A stretch of 45,709 bases of DNA from Diploschistes diacapsis (lineage: Eukaryota). The notes beneath the pieces were generated by a model, which was not told the origin of the DNA, ran no database searches, and worked only from the letters and a program-made list of their open reading frames with translations. The DNA lies in contig JALAIB010000028.1 in the NCBI GenBank assembly GCA_023645945.1, positions 1-45,709 of the forward strand. Reading direction: 5' to 3'. Below, piece after piece: positions 1 to 14,289 of this stretch (position 1 is its first letter; each line of letters begins with the position of its first letter). The translations under genes and the position numbers were made by a program.

Positions 1-2053
1 GAGCGAACACGACGTACCTTATGTCGGATCTCAACCCTCAACTCCATCTTGCTCATGTCACCGATGCCTGTCAATTCGACTTCAATATCAGGCTCGAAGT
101 CTCGGCTGTTCTCTTTGTCCCGGACAAAATTCTGCATTTCCTTCTGAAGAAGCTGGACATCCTCGAGAGTGGTATCGAAGCTCACATCGACCAGCAACTG
201 CTCTCTCATAGCCTTGGACCGAGAAATGTTGTCAACCCAAAGCGTATTCAATACTGCGTTGGGACATTGTGTCGTTGTGCGGGTTGATGCATTGATGAAG
301 ACCGTGTAAAGCAGTGAAATGCGGTCCACGACTAGGCGGTTGGTGCTAATCGTAACGACATCGCCAACGTCGAAGGGATGTTTAACAAAGAGAAAGATGC
401 AAGATCCTAGTACCTCTGCTGCGGTGGCCGAAAAGATAAAGGAGAGGGAAAGCAAGGTAGTTCCGGTTGTCGCTAGTGTCGTTACCAGCGACTCGTTCAA
501 GAAGGCAACTTTGAGTCTATTAGTTTGGCTCCAGGCACAGTCAAATTGGTTTGGAACCTACTGAATATGAAGACGACCACAAGGCACACAGCTGTCAATA
601 GAAGATTGTCGAGGACGTTGATGGCCTGATCCACGTCATGAAGGCTGCTGGCAATTGACTTCCTGGTACGACCGATTTCGCAAACCTTCATGATCATCTC
701 GTCTAGGTTGACGTCGCCATTTCCGTCCTGGTCGAGCATCTCGAAGACCTCGATGGCTTCAGCTTGGGACCGATCTTGCAGAACCTCGATGATATCGTCC
801 TGATAGAGGGCCTCCTTGCCCTCGACCACGAGACTCATCCAGATACGTTTGGCGAGAGCTTCGGAGGATCGCTTCTTCTCCAAAGCCTCGACGACAACCG
901 AGTGGGAGGCGGTGGGATTGAAAACTTCCTTACCGGTCACCTCGTGAGCGATGCTTCCGAAAGCGGCCGTAACCCTGTCGCCGATTCTTCCCACGTTAGC
1001 CAACAGCCGCATTGGCGTAGCGGATCCCGAGCGATGGTGGCCGTTCTTCGCCATGACCACCAGCTCGGGTGAATCGTTGATGAGATAGTCCTCCTCCTGG
1101 AACTCGGGGCAGTATGCTGGGAATAATGCGACCGAGGCGTCGTACAATATGCTCAGAATCAGAACATGTGCCTTGGACTCTTTAATTTTCTGGTCGTACT
1201 GGGCTCTGTGATAGTTGACCGATATGATCTGTATCAACACCTTTTCGGCAAGATAGACAATGGAAGATCCAACTGCCGCTCCAAGAATCCTCTGCACAAC
1301 GGTCTCCCAATTTTTTGCAAGAGCTTGATCATTCTTCCCTTCTGTAGTAGTTTGATCATTGTTGACAAGTGGAGATGTATTATTCGTCAGAATCTGGCAG
1401 TGATCAGAATATAGGGTTCACACTCTGACCGAGAGAAGACATACCGGCTGGAAAGTTGCCAGGGACACAACGGCCCACCCGACCAGAGACAATGGAATTT
1501 CCAAGGCCCTGAGAATGGTGGAATATTTTCTCGTACCAGGGCTGACGATGCCGCAAAGGAATTCGAAAAGATATGGCGTGAATTTTGCAAACAGCTTCGA
1601 GGCCCATAGGCCTACCCACATCGTGAGGGCCCAGGCGAAGATCCATACTATTCTGACACCACCAAGGCCGGGCGGTGGCTTGATGACCGCTCCTAGCACT
1701 ATTGGTATGGCAAGAATGGTGCCAAGTGGGAGAATGTAGAGGAGATATCTGGTGATGATGGAGAAGTTGAGGATTCGGTTGTAGATCTTGCCCATGGTAT
1801 TCACACCTTCAAAATCCGATTTCCGGCCTCGCAATTCGCGAAAGCCCGTTTTCTTTCCGCCAACGATGTTCTTATTGTTCGCTTTCTCGTCCATGTTGTT
1901 GGTCAACTGTTTGCGTGAGCCAGTGTGGCTCTTGACGTTCGTCAATGGGATATCGGTCGTTGCATCGTTTGTGGGCGACCTGCTACCGTTGCCGGTCTGT
2001 TCTGGAATCTGGTGGAAGCCATTGCGGCCGAGAAGAGAGCTGCGCTGTGACAT
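1..2053 (-). CDS. MscS-family mechanosensitive ion channel with EF-hand (Msy1/Msy2-like), 3' end outside window
   Basis: ATG at 2053; exons approx. 2053-1445, 1393-562, 508-18 with GT..AG introns. Contains TM helices, the EF-hand LDQDGNGDVNLDEM and the MscS core FLFVKHPFDVGD. Another GT donor lies near 17. Confidence 0.9.
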
Positions 2054-2802
2054 GGAAAGAGGAGAGAATGCCGATGCTATTGTAAAACGAGACAGTGCCA
2101 CACAGGGTTGCCGAGGTGTTTTAGTGGTAAAGCCCAAGATGGTAGAGGAGTAGATTTCAAGTGGTCGTACGACCGAGCATCAGACACAGAGAGGTTTGTT
2201 CATGCAAACGTGTCGGGTCGAGAGTAGTCTCTACCGAGCCACGAGCTCGAGAATGTGAAACACTTGTCCAGAGCGTTGAAATGGACACCCTGTGCCACCG
2301 GCGAAGTCTGAAGGTCTGACAGCAAGAGTTTTCGCCTTCAGGCCAGCATGAAAGAAGGTGAACTCGAAGATCTAGGAGGCTCAATGCAAGGTGTTGGTTG
2401 CGATTCAGGGATAGTGCGTAGAAATGGAGTCCGCCGCAGAAGCAATTGAGATCTGACACAAGGAAGATGGACGCCTACATTCAAACAAATTTCAAATATC
2501 CGTTGGTAAATTGTACATAAGACACAAGAAAGTATGGAGTTGTTAAAAAGAAGGGAGTATGTGTAAAAAATCTTTTGTTCGTGTTCCAAAATTACTCCCA
2601 AGTTCCCCCCCCATCAGATTGCTGTTCCTGAATCTCACTCTTAGTGTCAGGTACACCCGGTAAGGTTCAGGCACAACTGTTTCTCCCCCCCCAATACCTT
2701 AATCATATCTGTACTCAATTTTATGACTCGTATCAAAACCGCTTCATCTGCTTTATGCAAGCAAGGACACAGCGCACACAAAACACCAGCAAAACCAACT
2801 GA

Positions 2803-2837
2803 GCAGCAGTGCAGCAGTGCCGCAGTGCAGCAGTGCC
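2803..2837 (+). repeat. Short tandem repeat (GCAGCAGT)x4
   Basis: gcagcagt gcagcagt gccgcagt gcagcagt gcc read directly. Confidence 0.8.
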
Positions 2838-3757
2838 TCCATCATCTCTGCCTCTCTTTGCCCTTTCGATCCCTCCTCAAATCAACAAACGAATGGTTAT
2901 TTATCCACACGTGCTGCTACTACTATACCTATACTATACCTTGTAACAAACAGGCTAACAGGAAACACAAAACCAAAAAAAAGCCCTGCCGATACAAGAC
3001 CCCCGTCGAGTCCGATCGATCCATCCCGTATCCGGTCTACCGGGTTTACTTAGAAAAAGTAGTTACGCCGAAGCGATTTGCTAATCTTTGACGAATGCCA
3101 CCTGCATACCCAAAAGCTTTCCCCTCCCCGCCTTCGCCATCCCAGCCCCGAATTGCGGCTTGGACCTGAACACCGCCACAGCCAGCCGTTTTGCGCGGCG
3201 GGGCTCTTGAGCGATTTCCCGGAAATGACAACTTGCACATTATCGTTAAGGTGTGGCTTTAAGTGATCGGGAAAGGATCTCTTCCCATCTACTGATCGAT
3301 AGGTGGGTATGCATTGTTGCACTCAATGCACAGGGGCTCACAGCATCGTCAATGCAAAAAGAAAGAAAAAATTTCACCGTATTCGTAGCATTAGCCGTTT
3401 GGATAAGCACACAAATACACACGTTTGTACAAATTGCACGCACTCGACTCTTTTCATCGGGTAGAGAGCAGCTTCAGTAATGGATGAATCGAGGCTGAAA
3501 ATGCTCTTCATTATCCTATCAGACGCAGGGCGTATTATGTATAGGCGTACGTGCCTTTGCCCCGTCCAGGCTCGGGGTATGTCCCACACCCAGTCTACTC
3601 TTCTCGCAAGCCGCCTGCCTGCCGTAAATCAAACCCCAGAGTTCAGGATCGACAGTCTATGTACGGTGTGGTTGAAAGTCTATTCGTGGTATCCATAGCG
3701 ACAGCTGCATTCTTCCCTTTTTTCACGTTTTTTGCTCATTAATCCATGCCTTACGAC

Positions 3758-5507
<1,750 letters not shown>

Positions 5508-5938
5508 TTTAACCGTACAAGTACGATCACTAAAGAAAGACTCGAATGTAGCTCGATGTAGGAAAAATGGAAAAGAGAACACAAGCCCTTACCTACCGTC
5601 TATCTACCGTGTCCTAATTTGTAGCATAAGTGCGCACACCCGCAGACAGGGGCTGTGGTTACTTAGTATTTGGGAGATGTGAAGGCCCGTGATTCGTGCA
5701 TCAAGTAAACTAAAGAGGAGATGGCCGTAAATGAAGAGGGGAAGATGCTGATGGTGACAGACCACCGAATTCGAGTCGAACAAGTCACACACATGTGCCT
5801 CGGCAATACTAAGCTCCTAAACACACATGCCAAGCCTGCACGTGGCTCATGACCTCAAAGCTATGAATAAATATCCCCTCACTTCCGAGGAGCAACAATT
5901 CCAAAGTAACATATTGCTTAATATTCAGTAACACTATC

Positions 5939-6057
5939 ACATACGGCCATAGGCTCCAGAGAACGAGATATCCCGTCCGCTCTGTCAATCTAAGCTGGAG
6001 ACCGGTGAAGTAGTACTGGAGTGGGTGACCATCTGGGAATTCTCACTGTTGTATGTT
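5939..6057 (+). rRNA. Dispersed 5S rRNA gene (divergent type)
   Basis: ACATACGGC...GTTGTATGT terminal helix, conserved CCCGTCCGCTC, TAGTA and GTGGGTGACCA, ~118 nt, followed by an oligo-T Pol III terminator. Confidence 0.95.
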
Positions 6058-6289
6058 TTTAGATTTTTTTTATTTATCATGCAATCAATATAAAGACAGA
6101 CAGACATTTCAGGTGTGTGTAAGTTGTAGTCAAGTGAGGGAGCCCTTTGAGATGAAAATATTCTAGACGCAACTCTATCCGAGGCATGCCAAAGCTCTTG
6201 AACTTGATTTTAAATATTTAATTAAGCCTTTAATGAATACATGCTTTTTGCTCAAATTCCAAATCCACCCTAACCTCTCTCCACCTTAC

Positions 6290-7140
6290 CTAGAAACCAT
6301 TCAACTCATACATAAACCCACAGTTCCCGTTCGAGACCGTCATGTCGTCGCCTCCCTCGCCCTGCAAACCCGGCGTGATGTAATACGCTACAGCACAGAA
6401 AACAACCCTTGTTAGCCAAAGCCCAAAACCCCCCCCCCTTTCGCAGTCGCAGGTCGCAGAGGTAGTGAATCACAAACAGAACAAAAAGAACCTCACTCAC
6501 CAGAATTATAATCCTGACTGCTCCCGCACCCGCCGCCCGAGTGCGCGAGCGCGCACTCCCCGCCGCTCGCCGTCGGGTCGTAATAGCTCCCAACGCAGTC
6601 GCCCGCGGCCTGGCAGATGTTGCAGCACGCAAACGCCGAGCCGGCCGGCTGCTGGTCAAAGTAGCTGTACGCTTCGCAGCCGCAATCGCCCGAGGTGATG
6701 CTGTACTCGCCGGGGTTGGTCTTGTTGGCCATGTAGTTGGCTTTGTCGAGGCAGGCGGCGTAGACGGTGGCCGTTGCTGTGGAGGTGGTGGTGATGGTTT
6801 TCGTGCTCGCGAGGGAGAGGGCGCTGCTGTGTTTGGTGGAGTAGGAGGGTTTGGCTGAGGTTGGGGCATGGGAGGACGACGTAGTGGGGACGGTGAGCTG
6901 GATGTTTGCAGGGCCGGCGAGGGGTTCGCGCTTGGCTTTTTGGCCAAAAGACGAGGAGTTGGTGGATTGGATGGGTTGCCAGCCTGGGTTGGTAGGGACG
7001 GTCTCGGTCACCGTCTTGTGGACCGCGACTGTTTTGGTGGTTTCGGACGGCGTCTGCTTGTTGCTCGTGATGAGCGTCGTTGTAGATACCGCCAAAGTAG
7101 AGAAAAGGGCCGCGGGGGCAACGGGAGCGGTGAGCTGCAT
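6290..7140 (-). CDS. Putative secreted Thr/Ser-rich protein with C-terminal Cys-rich (Apple/PAN-like) domain, ~245 aa
   Basis: Exons 7140-6501 and 6387-6290 (GTGAGT..CTAAC..TAG intron, in frame). Hydrophobic N-terminus, KR site, ACCNICQAAGDCVGS and VSNGNCG. Confidence 0.72.
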
Positions 7141-8063
7141 GGCTGCGTATGCGGATCAAGCTCTCAGACGCTTCACAGGATCTGAGATCTCAAGAACTGG
7201 CTGAGGCGGTAGCAGATGGACGCGAGTACGGGGCACTCTCAAAGTCGGACGGGAAGAGGCACGGGCAATCCGCGCAGGAGCGGAGTGCATCGCCATTAAG
7301 TATAAAGTACGATACACCGCTCCTTCTTCCGAGCGCTCGGTCAGTTTCTTCCAACTTTTGGAGTAAGCCGTCGCACAGGAAAGGGTAGAAAGGTCGTGGA
7401 ACCTTTTGCGGCCCACACGCCCAAAGCGGACTGGTGCTACCTTCCGCCTGGGTCATGGTCCTTTCGACTACCCAAGAGATTTGACCAGGTACTTACAATG
7501 TGAAGACACTGGTGGGTGTGTTGAGTGGCCATGATTTTAGAGTACTTTTCGCCGCTCGAGGGGATTCCCAAATGGGACAAGTAGATTTCCCTCTGGGATC
7601 TCGCTATTCGTTAAAGGCTATGGGGGCTGTAATGATGGTCTGGCCTGGGTATGTTCCCCAAAGTGCTGAATTATGATTAGGCTCTGGGCTTCGAGGTAGT
7701 TTAATTGATAGACTACTTTGGACGTTGGATGTTTGAACACTCCCAGGGTATTCGATGTCGTCCGTCAACTGGCGTTTTTTGCGGGACCCTGTAGAACATG
7801 CTGCTGTTCATAGACTGCCATCGACAATGGCAGCAGACGGTGCAAGATATACGGGTAAGGTGTCTAGGCGCCCTGTAACGAACCCCAAGGTTAAACTGGC
7901 GCAACGATGAATCACATGGTCACCCTCAAAGGTGTACAGTTGAATGGATTGAACAAAAGGTTATAGCCCCGGACCCCTTACCGCCTTCCCAAAGAGGAAA
8001 TGTCCACTCCTAGCCACTCCATGCCCTACCGCCTCATCGCCCGCTGCAAATCATCTCGACGCC

Positions 8064-8931
8064 TTATTTCCCCTTCCCCTCTGTCTTGATTGCCTCTTCC
8101 GCCACCTTCTTCCCTCTCTCGCTCTCCTCCTCCACCCACTCCTTCAAATAGCCCGGCACCGCGGCCCTGTTATGCTCCGTCGGCACCGGCACTCCCCTTT
8201 GCGTCCAAAGCGGCACTACCCCCGTCCAAACCCTATCCATTAGTTTCTCATCCTTCAAGTCCTTCCTCTCCTCCGCCGTCATCCCCGTCCTAATCTTAGC
8301 GCTAGCGCTCACAATCCTCACCTTCAATATTCCTGTCGCCGTCAACTCCGCTTTCAGCGGCGGCAGGCGCGAGTTCTCCCAGCGCGTGGGCACGATGTTG
8401 TTGGTGATGAGGCTCATGGCGTACTCGCGCTCCTCCGGGTCCTGGACCAGGGCGCCATAGCCGTGCACGACGGCGGAGCGATAGTTGGCACTACTGTGAA
8501 AGGCGGAGAGGGCGAGGACGATGCCGTCGATGTGCGTGGCCGCGACGGCGAGGGGAATGCCCTCGCCCGACTCGATTTTGGCGGGGTCGGTAATTCGCAT
8601 CAGGCGCGACGTGGAGGAGCCGTGGAGGTAGAGGTCCAAGGGCCCTTCTTCCAGCGGCATGTCTGGGGATTGGTAGGAGCCTAGGGCGCCCAGCATGGGA
8701 AGGATGGTGGGGAAGGGGTCATCGTCGGGGTTGGGAACGAAGGAGACGTGGAGGACGGTGGCGGACTGGATGATGTTGTGAATCGTGGGGTAGTCGTAGG
8801 CTCCTGCACAGAGTTTAAGGATTAGTATGGAGAAGGGACAGGAGAGGGCGGAATAGGCATGAGAACTTGCCTCTTTTCCCCAGCCGGTTGATTTTGCTTC
8901 GTGGGACTGGAGGGTAGGTGTTGTCTCCCAT
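8064..8931 (-). CDS. Pyridoxamine 5'-phosphate oxidase-like flavin-nucleotide-binding protein, ~266 aa
   Basis: Exons 8931-8871 and 8803-8064. Motifs LYLHGSSTSRLM, SAFHSSANYRSAVVHG, SAKIRTG, VWTGVVP. Confidence 0.9.
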
Positions 8932-10008
8932 GGTTTCAAGGAAAAAGCGTACAGAAACCGCTATTTTAATTGTAAAGAGAGGGTTGGTGCTGCGATACTC
9001 AAGCAATTATGTGAATCCCTTATTCAATTCGAGGCCGCCCAGTATAAGACGAATACCAGGTTATCAGTTGCCGCAGCACTATCAGTGCATGTACCCCGCC
9101 CTCCATAAGCTACTACAAGGCCACGAGATCCTGAAGGAACCCGACTGCCCGAGATAGGATATGTGCTATCGAAACGTGCAAAGGTATGAAAGAACCTTTG
9201 TTCCTCGAGGACCACTGGCGTGACGCATGGACTTGCCCATTTAGTTCATGCGCAATGAGGTATTAGCTCGCTCCGCTTCAATGAGTACATTAGTCCTGTT
9301 TGCCGCCAGCATCTTCACTCATGACGAAAGGGAAAGCGGAGAAGGCTAACATTTGAACACGGCTGGAGGTTGTAATACCACCAGCGGTATCAATAGTTCT
9401 ATAGACATACTCGCTAGGAATGTCACCGCTGATAGTATCTTCACCTCCTTTTCGTGGTTAGCCTCCCATGTGCAGAACCGTATACATAGCTTCACATTCT
9501 GCGTGACAGAGCCATATATCTTTGCGTCGATCGTCAAGGTAGAACATTGGTTCCCTATCATCTTACGGCTTAGTCCACCAACAATCGTAGGGCGATTGTA
9601 TGCTGTAGCAAGCTGTGATATGCCTAATGGTTAGCCCGAAATTCTGGCAGAGGCCGAGAAAGAAGAGACTAATACAACTTCGGAGGAGTATCATATCGTA
9701 TATACGATAGAGCCAGATCGATTTCATAAACTCCGACTGCCTTAATATTCCGTTACTCGAATATCCGCAGATATAGAGGGTCGAGAATGTTCTGAAGACC
9801 ACGAAGACTAGAGATGTACGTAAAGACATCTCTTTGATGCTTCAGCCTTCTGGAATATTGAGCAATCATGAGGGTTCGACAGCCTCAAGCCATCAAAATG
9901 TCTGAACGATAGCGTGGCAAGTTGCTTGAAGAGGGCTCTAGCTGTTGTGAACATGATCAAGATCATTTTCCACCGCCATCCTTTTTGAGAGTGGCATCTA
10001 ATTTTTTT

Positions 10009-13000
10009 TTAAGAGCTTGATCTCATTCTTCTGTAGAGGTTGGAGAAAGATTGCATGAATGAAGCTGGGATAGCTTGTTGAGAGTTTTCAATGAAGGCCA
10101 CATTAGGAATGCTAGTTGGAGGAGACGGAGACTGGTTCTCGACTGGCATCTCGCATGCAAACTGCTGCGACCAATGATTTTCCCATTCCGAGAGATAACT
10201 TCTCATCATTAAGGGCCCTCTCCGGTCCACGTTGCCTTGCCTAAAATTCAGGCCAGCAGGCGATAACCGAGTCAGCAGTGACTTGTAATCTTTCTCTTTC
10301 AAAAAGCACTGTGAGCTGTTAGCTGGTCCCTTATATGGATCTCAAAGGACGTACCTCAATCTGATGGCTCAGTTTTCTAGGCTTGTTCTTGAGCATGGAT
10401 GTATTACACATCTTCCGTGATCTTTCACCAACAGGAGAAGTTTCTCTTGAAGCCCGATCGGTTTCTCTACTGACCGGGACGTTAATCGTTAGGCCTGAGG
10501 CGCTTCCATGGGTAGGCCGAAAAGGCACATTCCTTGTGCTTCCTACGGTTATGTTTTGCAAATATTCAGAAGATTCGATAGTCTCGTCTCGCTGAAAGTG
10601 AGTGCTGCGAGTGATCGTCGTAACCACCATCAGAAAAGAGGCGCTTGCGTAGATATGCCCCATCTTGGGACCCTCGCTCTTCCAATCCTCGACAACATCT
10701 TGGAGAATGCATAAAGAGTCGATCCACAGATACTCCAAGCCTTGCTCACGTGAACACTGAACCGCCTTCTGAAACACGGTCGGTAGACCTTCTGAAGGTA
10801 TAGACAACCTCAAGATGGGGATGTTGGCGCTGGTAAGTTGCAGTCCCGGATAACCGTCACAGCAGTGACCGAGGGCGGAGTACCTTAACTCCGAAGGCAA
10901 TTCGCCCCAGGTATCTAGATGTAGTATTGGCTTTGCAAGCGAGCCGACGTGAAGAAGCCGAGATGGTCTCCATGTGTCCTGACCGCTATTCACAGAGTAT
11001 GGATTCGGAATGCCTCGGTAAATCTGATCAGCATAGCAGCTTGTAGCCTCTTTAATCGATCCTCGGTTTTTGCTCTTCTCGGCGGTCTCCTGAGAGCTCG
11101 GCAGGGCAGTTAGTTCATGAAGAGGCGTGCCGGACCTTGTCAATTTGTCAAGGTTGGAGCGGCTCCGGTACAGTTGAACTTTTGACTTTGAATTTCTCAC
11201 CGAGTGTGCAAATAGTGGCGAGGCATCAGTAACGGCTGCGGGTGTGCCGCGAGGTGCGCTTCGCGAAGGAGGACGTTGAACAAGTAAGCTTTTCATAGAG
11301 GATAGCTCCCGCGTCAGCGTATCAATAATTTCGGCCTGCTTCTCTCCATCAGGTTCAGAAGCCAGCGCTGCTTGTAGCTGTAGCAGTATCTTTTTGGGAA
11401 CAATGGGTATCTTCGAGATGCGGTAAGCCGTAACATGGGGCAGTATTTGCAAGTGGAGAGCCGACGACACCTTCCAAGGCCCATGTTCCAAAACATCCAA
11501 GTTCGCAGTGTAGCCGCTTAAACCAGGTCCCGAATGATAATAGGCGCCGCTTTCGTTCCTCCACCCACCAGTTGCATTGACTGACTTTGTTGGGATATCT
11601 GCAGAGCCAACGGTGCGGCCACCGCCACCACTAGCTCCAGAGCCTGGATCCCGGTCTTGCTCATCATTGTTGTCTCTCCAATGATCATCAAAACCTGAGA
11701 ATTCATCATCCCCTTCCTCACCGTCGGAACTGGAGTCTCCGTCGTCGTCGTTGTCGTCGTCATGACTCTCTCCGTCACCAACCACCGTAGTTTCTTGCTC
11801 ATGGTAAGGCTCTAGAGGTTCCCTTGTGAGATCAGGTCCGTACCACTTAACGATATTGTTGTTGTCGAACGGTTCGCGTCGACGGAGATGAATCTCGACG
11901 TGGCTTAATCTCTCGTCAAAGGTACCAAACATTTTCGAGCAGTTGTCGAATACACACTGTCTAGGGAATAAGCTTTTATGAACGGCAATCCGGCAACTCT
12001 CGATTTGGAGGTCGGTTGGGCTAGTCTGATGATGCTCCTTGTAATGGCGTTTGGCGAGATCCTTGCGTAAAGACACCCTAGTTCTGTCGTTCTTCTCTGC
12101 ACAATCCGGATGACGGCAGACCCAAATTTCTTGTGGATAGTGGCTCCTCTCATGTCTCTCCCAGTTTCCCTTGGTGTCATGCGACCAGGGACATCCCAGC
12201 GTGCACTTGTAAACGCCGTTGCGGTTGGAGTCTCTCAGGCGAAACTCTTTTAGATAACCACGATACCGCTGAGCCACCCGTTGCCCAGTATCTAATGACT
12301 CTGACCCATGTGAGAATCCAGAGACTCCCGTACTCGGAGGATCAGATAGAACTGAGCCCGAAATCTTCCGTCTTGTATGACGCTTGGTTTGCGTGGACCT
12401 CATTCCTCGGGGATCGATATCTACGAAGAATCGCCGAAGATCATCAATGGAGAGGATGGCCGAGCCATCTTGTCCACGAAACGGGTTACAGAATTCGTAG
12501 AAAGCGATAAACTCCGCGCTGGCGGCATTCGAGTCGTCCACGGCCAGACGAATGATAGCGCCTCCCACTCTGCCTCTGGGGCTCGGGGCCTTCCCTTTGA
12601 TCTTGATGTCGGGCGCTTTTCTCCGCTTCGGAACTCGGCCTGCTCCATAGCCCTGACTTATGCCGCGGCGTAGATGCTGGGACTGAGCAGAGGACTGACA
12701 TTGCTGGGAGGTCACCTGCTCGGCGGATTCTTCGTAAGGACTCTGGGAGACAAAGTTGGAAGATGGTAGGCTTTGGCTTGCTACTGGCCTCGTGGCCGTA
12801 GTTTGGTTTAGGGTTTGCGCGAAATCTGGGCTGGGCTGCAATGGATCGAAATGGGTTTCCTCACCATGTCCGTAGTAATGTAGTTGTGGATTGTTGCTTC
12901 GTACAACATGTGGCGCATTCAGGCCTGGTAGTTGTTGTGGTTGTTGTTGTGGTTGTTGTTGTGCCCAGAATGGTATTTGGAAATTCTGAGGGATGGGTCC

Positions 13001-13132
13001 TTGGCCCAGCATTTCTGCTTCTTCACCGACATGTAGGGCACCAACGTTGTCCGGGAAGGGGTTTGGAGGAAGGTTCTCGGATTGGGGGATGTAACTGAAG
13101 TTGTTGAGCTGTTGACCGGTAAAGCCGTCCAT
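10009..13132 (-). CDS. C2H2 zinc-finger protein fused to a heterokaryon incompatibility (HET) domain, ~1025 aa
   Basis: First ATG 13132; exons 13132-10355 and 10308-10009 (46-nt GTACGT..CTAAC..CAG intron, in frame). Three C2H2-like fingers (CTLGC..HERSH; CRHPDC..HYKEHH; CVFDNC..HVEIH) and HET core PSRLL..YSALGHC..YLWIDSLCILQD..DW..E..KM..IY. Confidence 0.82.
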
Positions 13133-14289
13133 TGTGTGATCGACAGCGTAAAGCGAACGCAAAGTGCTGTCGAGCAACTAAGTTGTGGTATCAAAGGCAA
13201 CCCACTATCGGCACAGGGAGGATGAACAAGGCACGAGGCTACAGAGCTTAGAGAGACAAATAAGAAGGTAAAGTATAGTATAAGAAGAGTCCTGCTTGGC
13301 TTGTCGGCCCTACCATGCACAAGCAAAGCGAAGGAAGCAACAGCAATATCCTACCAAGTAACGACGAATAAGAAAGCAAAAGAGCCTCATCTACACAGGG
13401 CATCCCTCTCTGCTTGGGGGAAAGCATGTACTGGAAGCATAGGCCTACCCTACCGCAGTATTACCAGCGAAGACTAGCTTCCCAAAGAGTATGCCCTGTA
13501 GGAGCTTGTCCGTTTAGACTTGGATCGTTTTGATGCCGTTGCTATCGAGTCGAATCAGATTGCCGATTGAAGAGCATGGTTGCTGAAACGACCGCGACGA
13601 CGGGGCTATTCAACTGGATCAAGCCAACAACTTTTGAACAATGAAAACGGGGAGCATCAACAACGTCCAGGCATTTCGGGCGAATGACTCGAAAGTCGGA
13701 GCGCTGAGAAAAACCTAGAAAGGTCACATGTTGCTCGTAAAGGAAAGACTTCGAAAGCACCGCCACAACACTACACCGCCACAAAAGTCGACATCCAATG
13801 GGGCTTTCGGGGTATCAGCTCTGAACAGAGTATCTCTACTCGAATTGACTGGCACCTGTATTATGGAGAACCGTGATGCTCAGCCCACTCACTGTCTTTG
13901 TAGTCAGTCGCAGGTAGCAGTGCTTTGCCGGATACATATCCCCGAGCAGCTGACTGGTTGTCAATCAGAGACAACCCGAAACAGTCTAAGATTTATGGAG
14001 ATGTCTTCCTTCTGTTGGCGCCCCCAAGAGACTACAGCCAATACCTTTTGAACTACCAGAATGCACGTGATAATCTACGTTCCTACTTGAAGGGAATAAT
14101 AGACTTTCTATTGCATACAATAATACCCTACTGTGTACCCTACCGTGTGTGATACACCAAAAAGCCTTCTCGACACTGTCCCCCGTGCCCAAATGCTCAA
14201 CTTTTGTGCCCCCGTATGTGCGCGTATAATTGATCGATCCAAATGCGACCCGGATCGGGTGTCTTCAAGTGTAACCCCGTTTTCCCATG

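Noticed and set aside
7156..7416. ORF in frame with the secreted protein, separated by one TGA (readthrough?)
   Set aside because: The upstream peptide is not protein-like and would bury the signal peptide; probably chance.
9024..9830. Hydrophobic short minus-strand ORFs that could be extra membrane-domain exons of the C2H2-HET gene or a relic
   Set aside because: No coherent splice path past the stop at 10009 and no recognisable family motif.
12930..12962. GTT/GTG triplet repeat
   Set aside because: Simply encodes QQQPQQQPQQ in the C2H2-HET protein.
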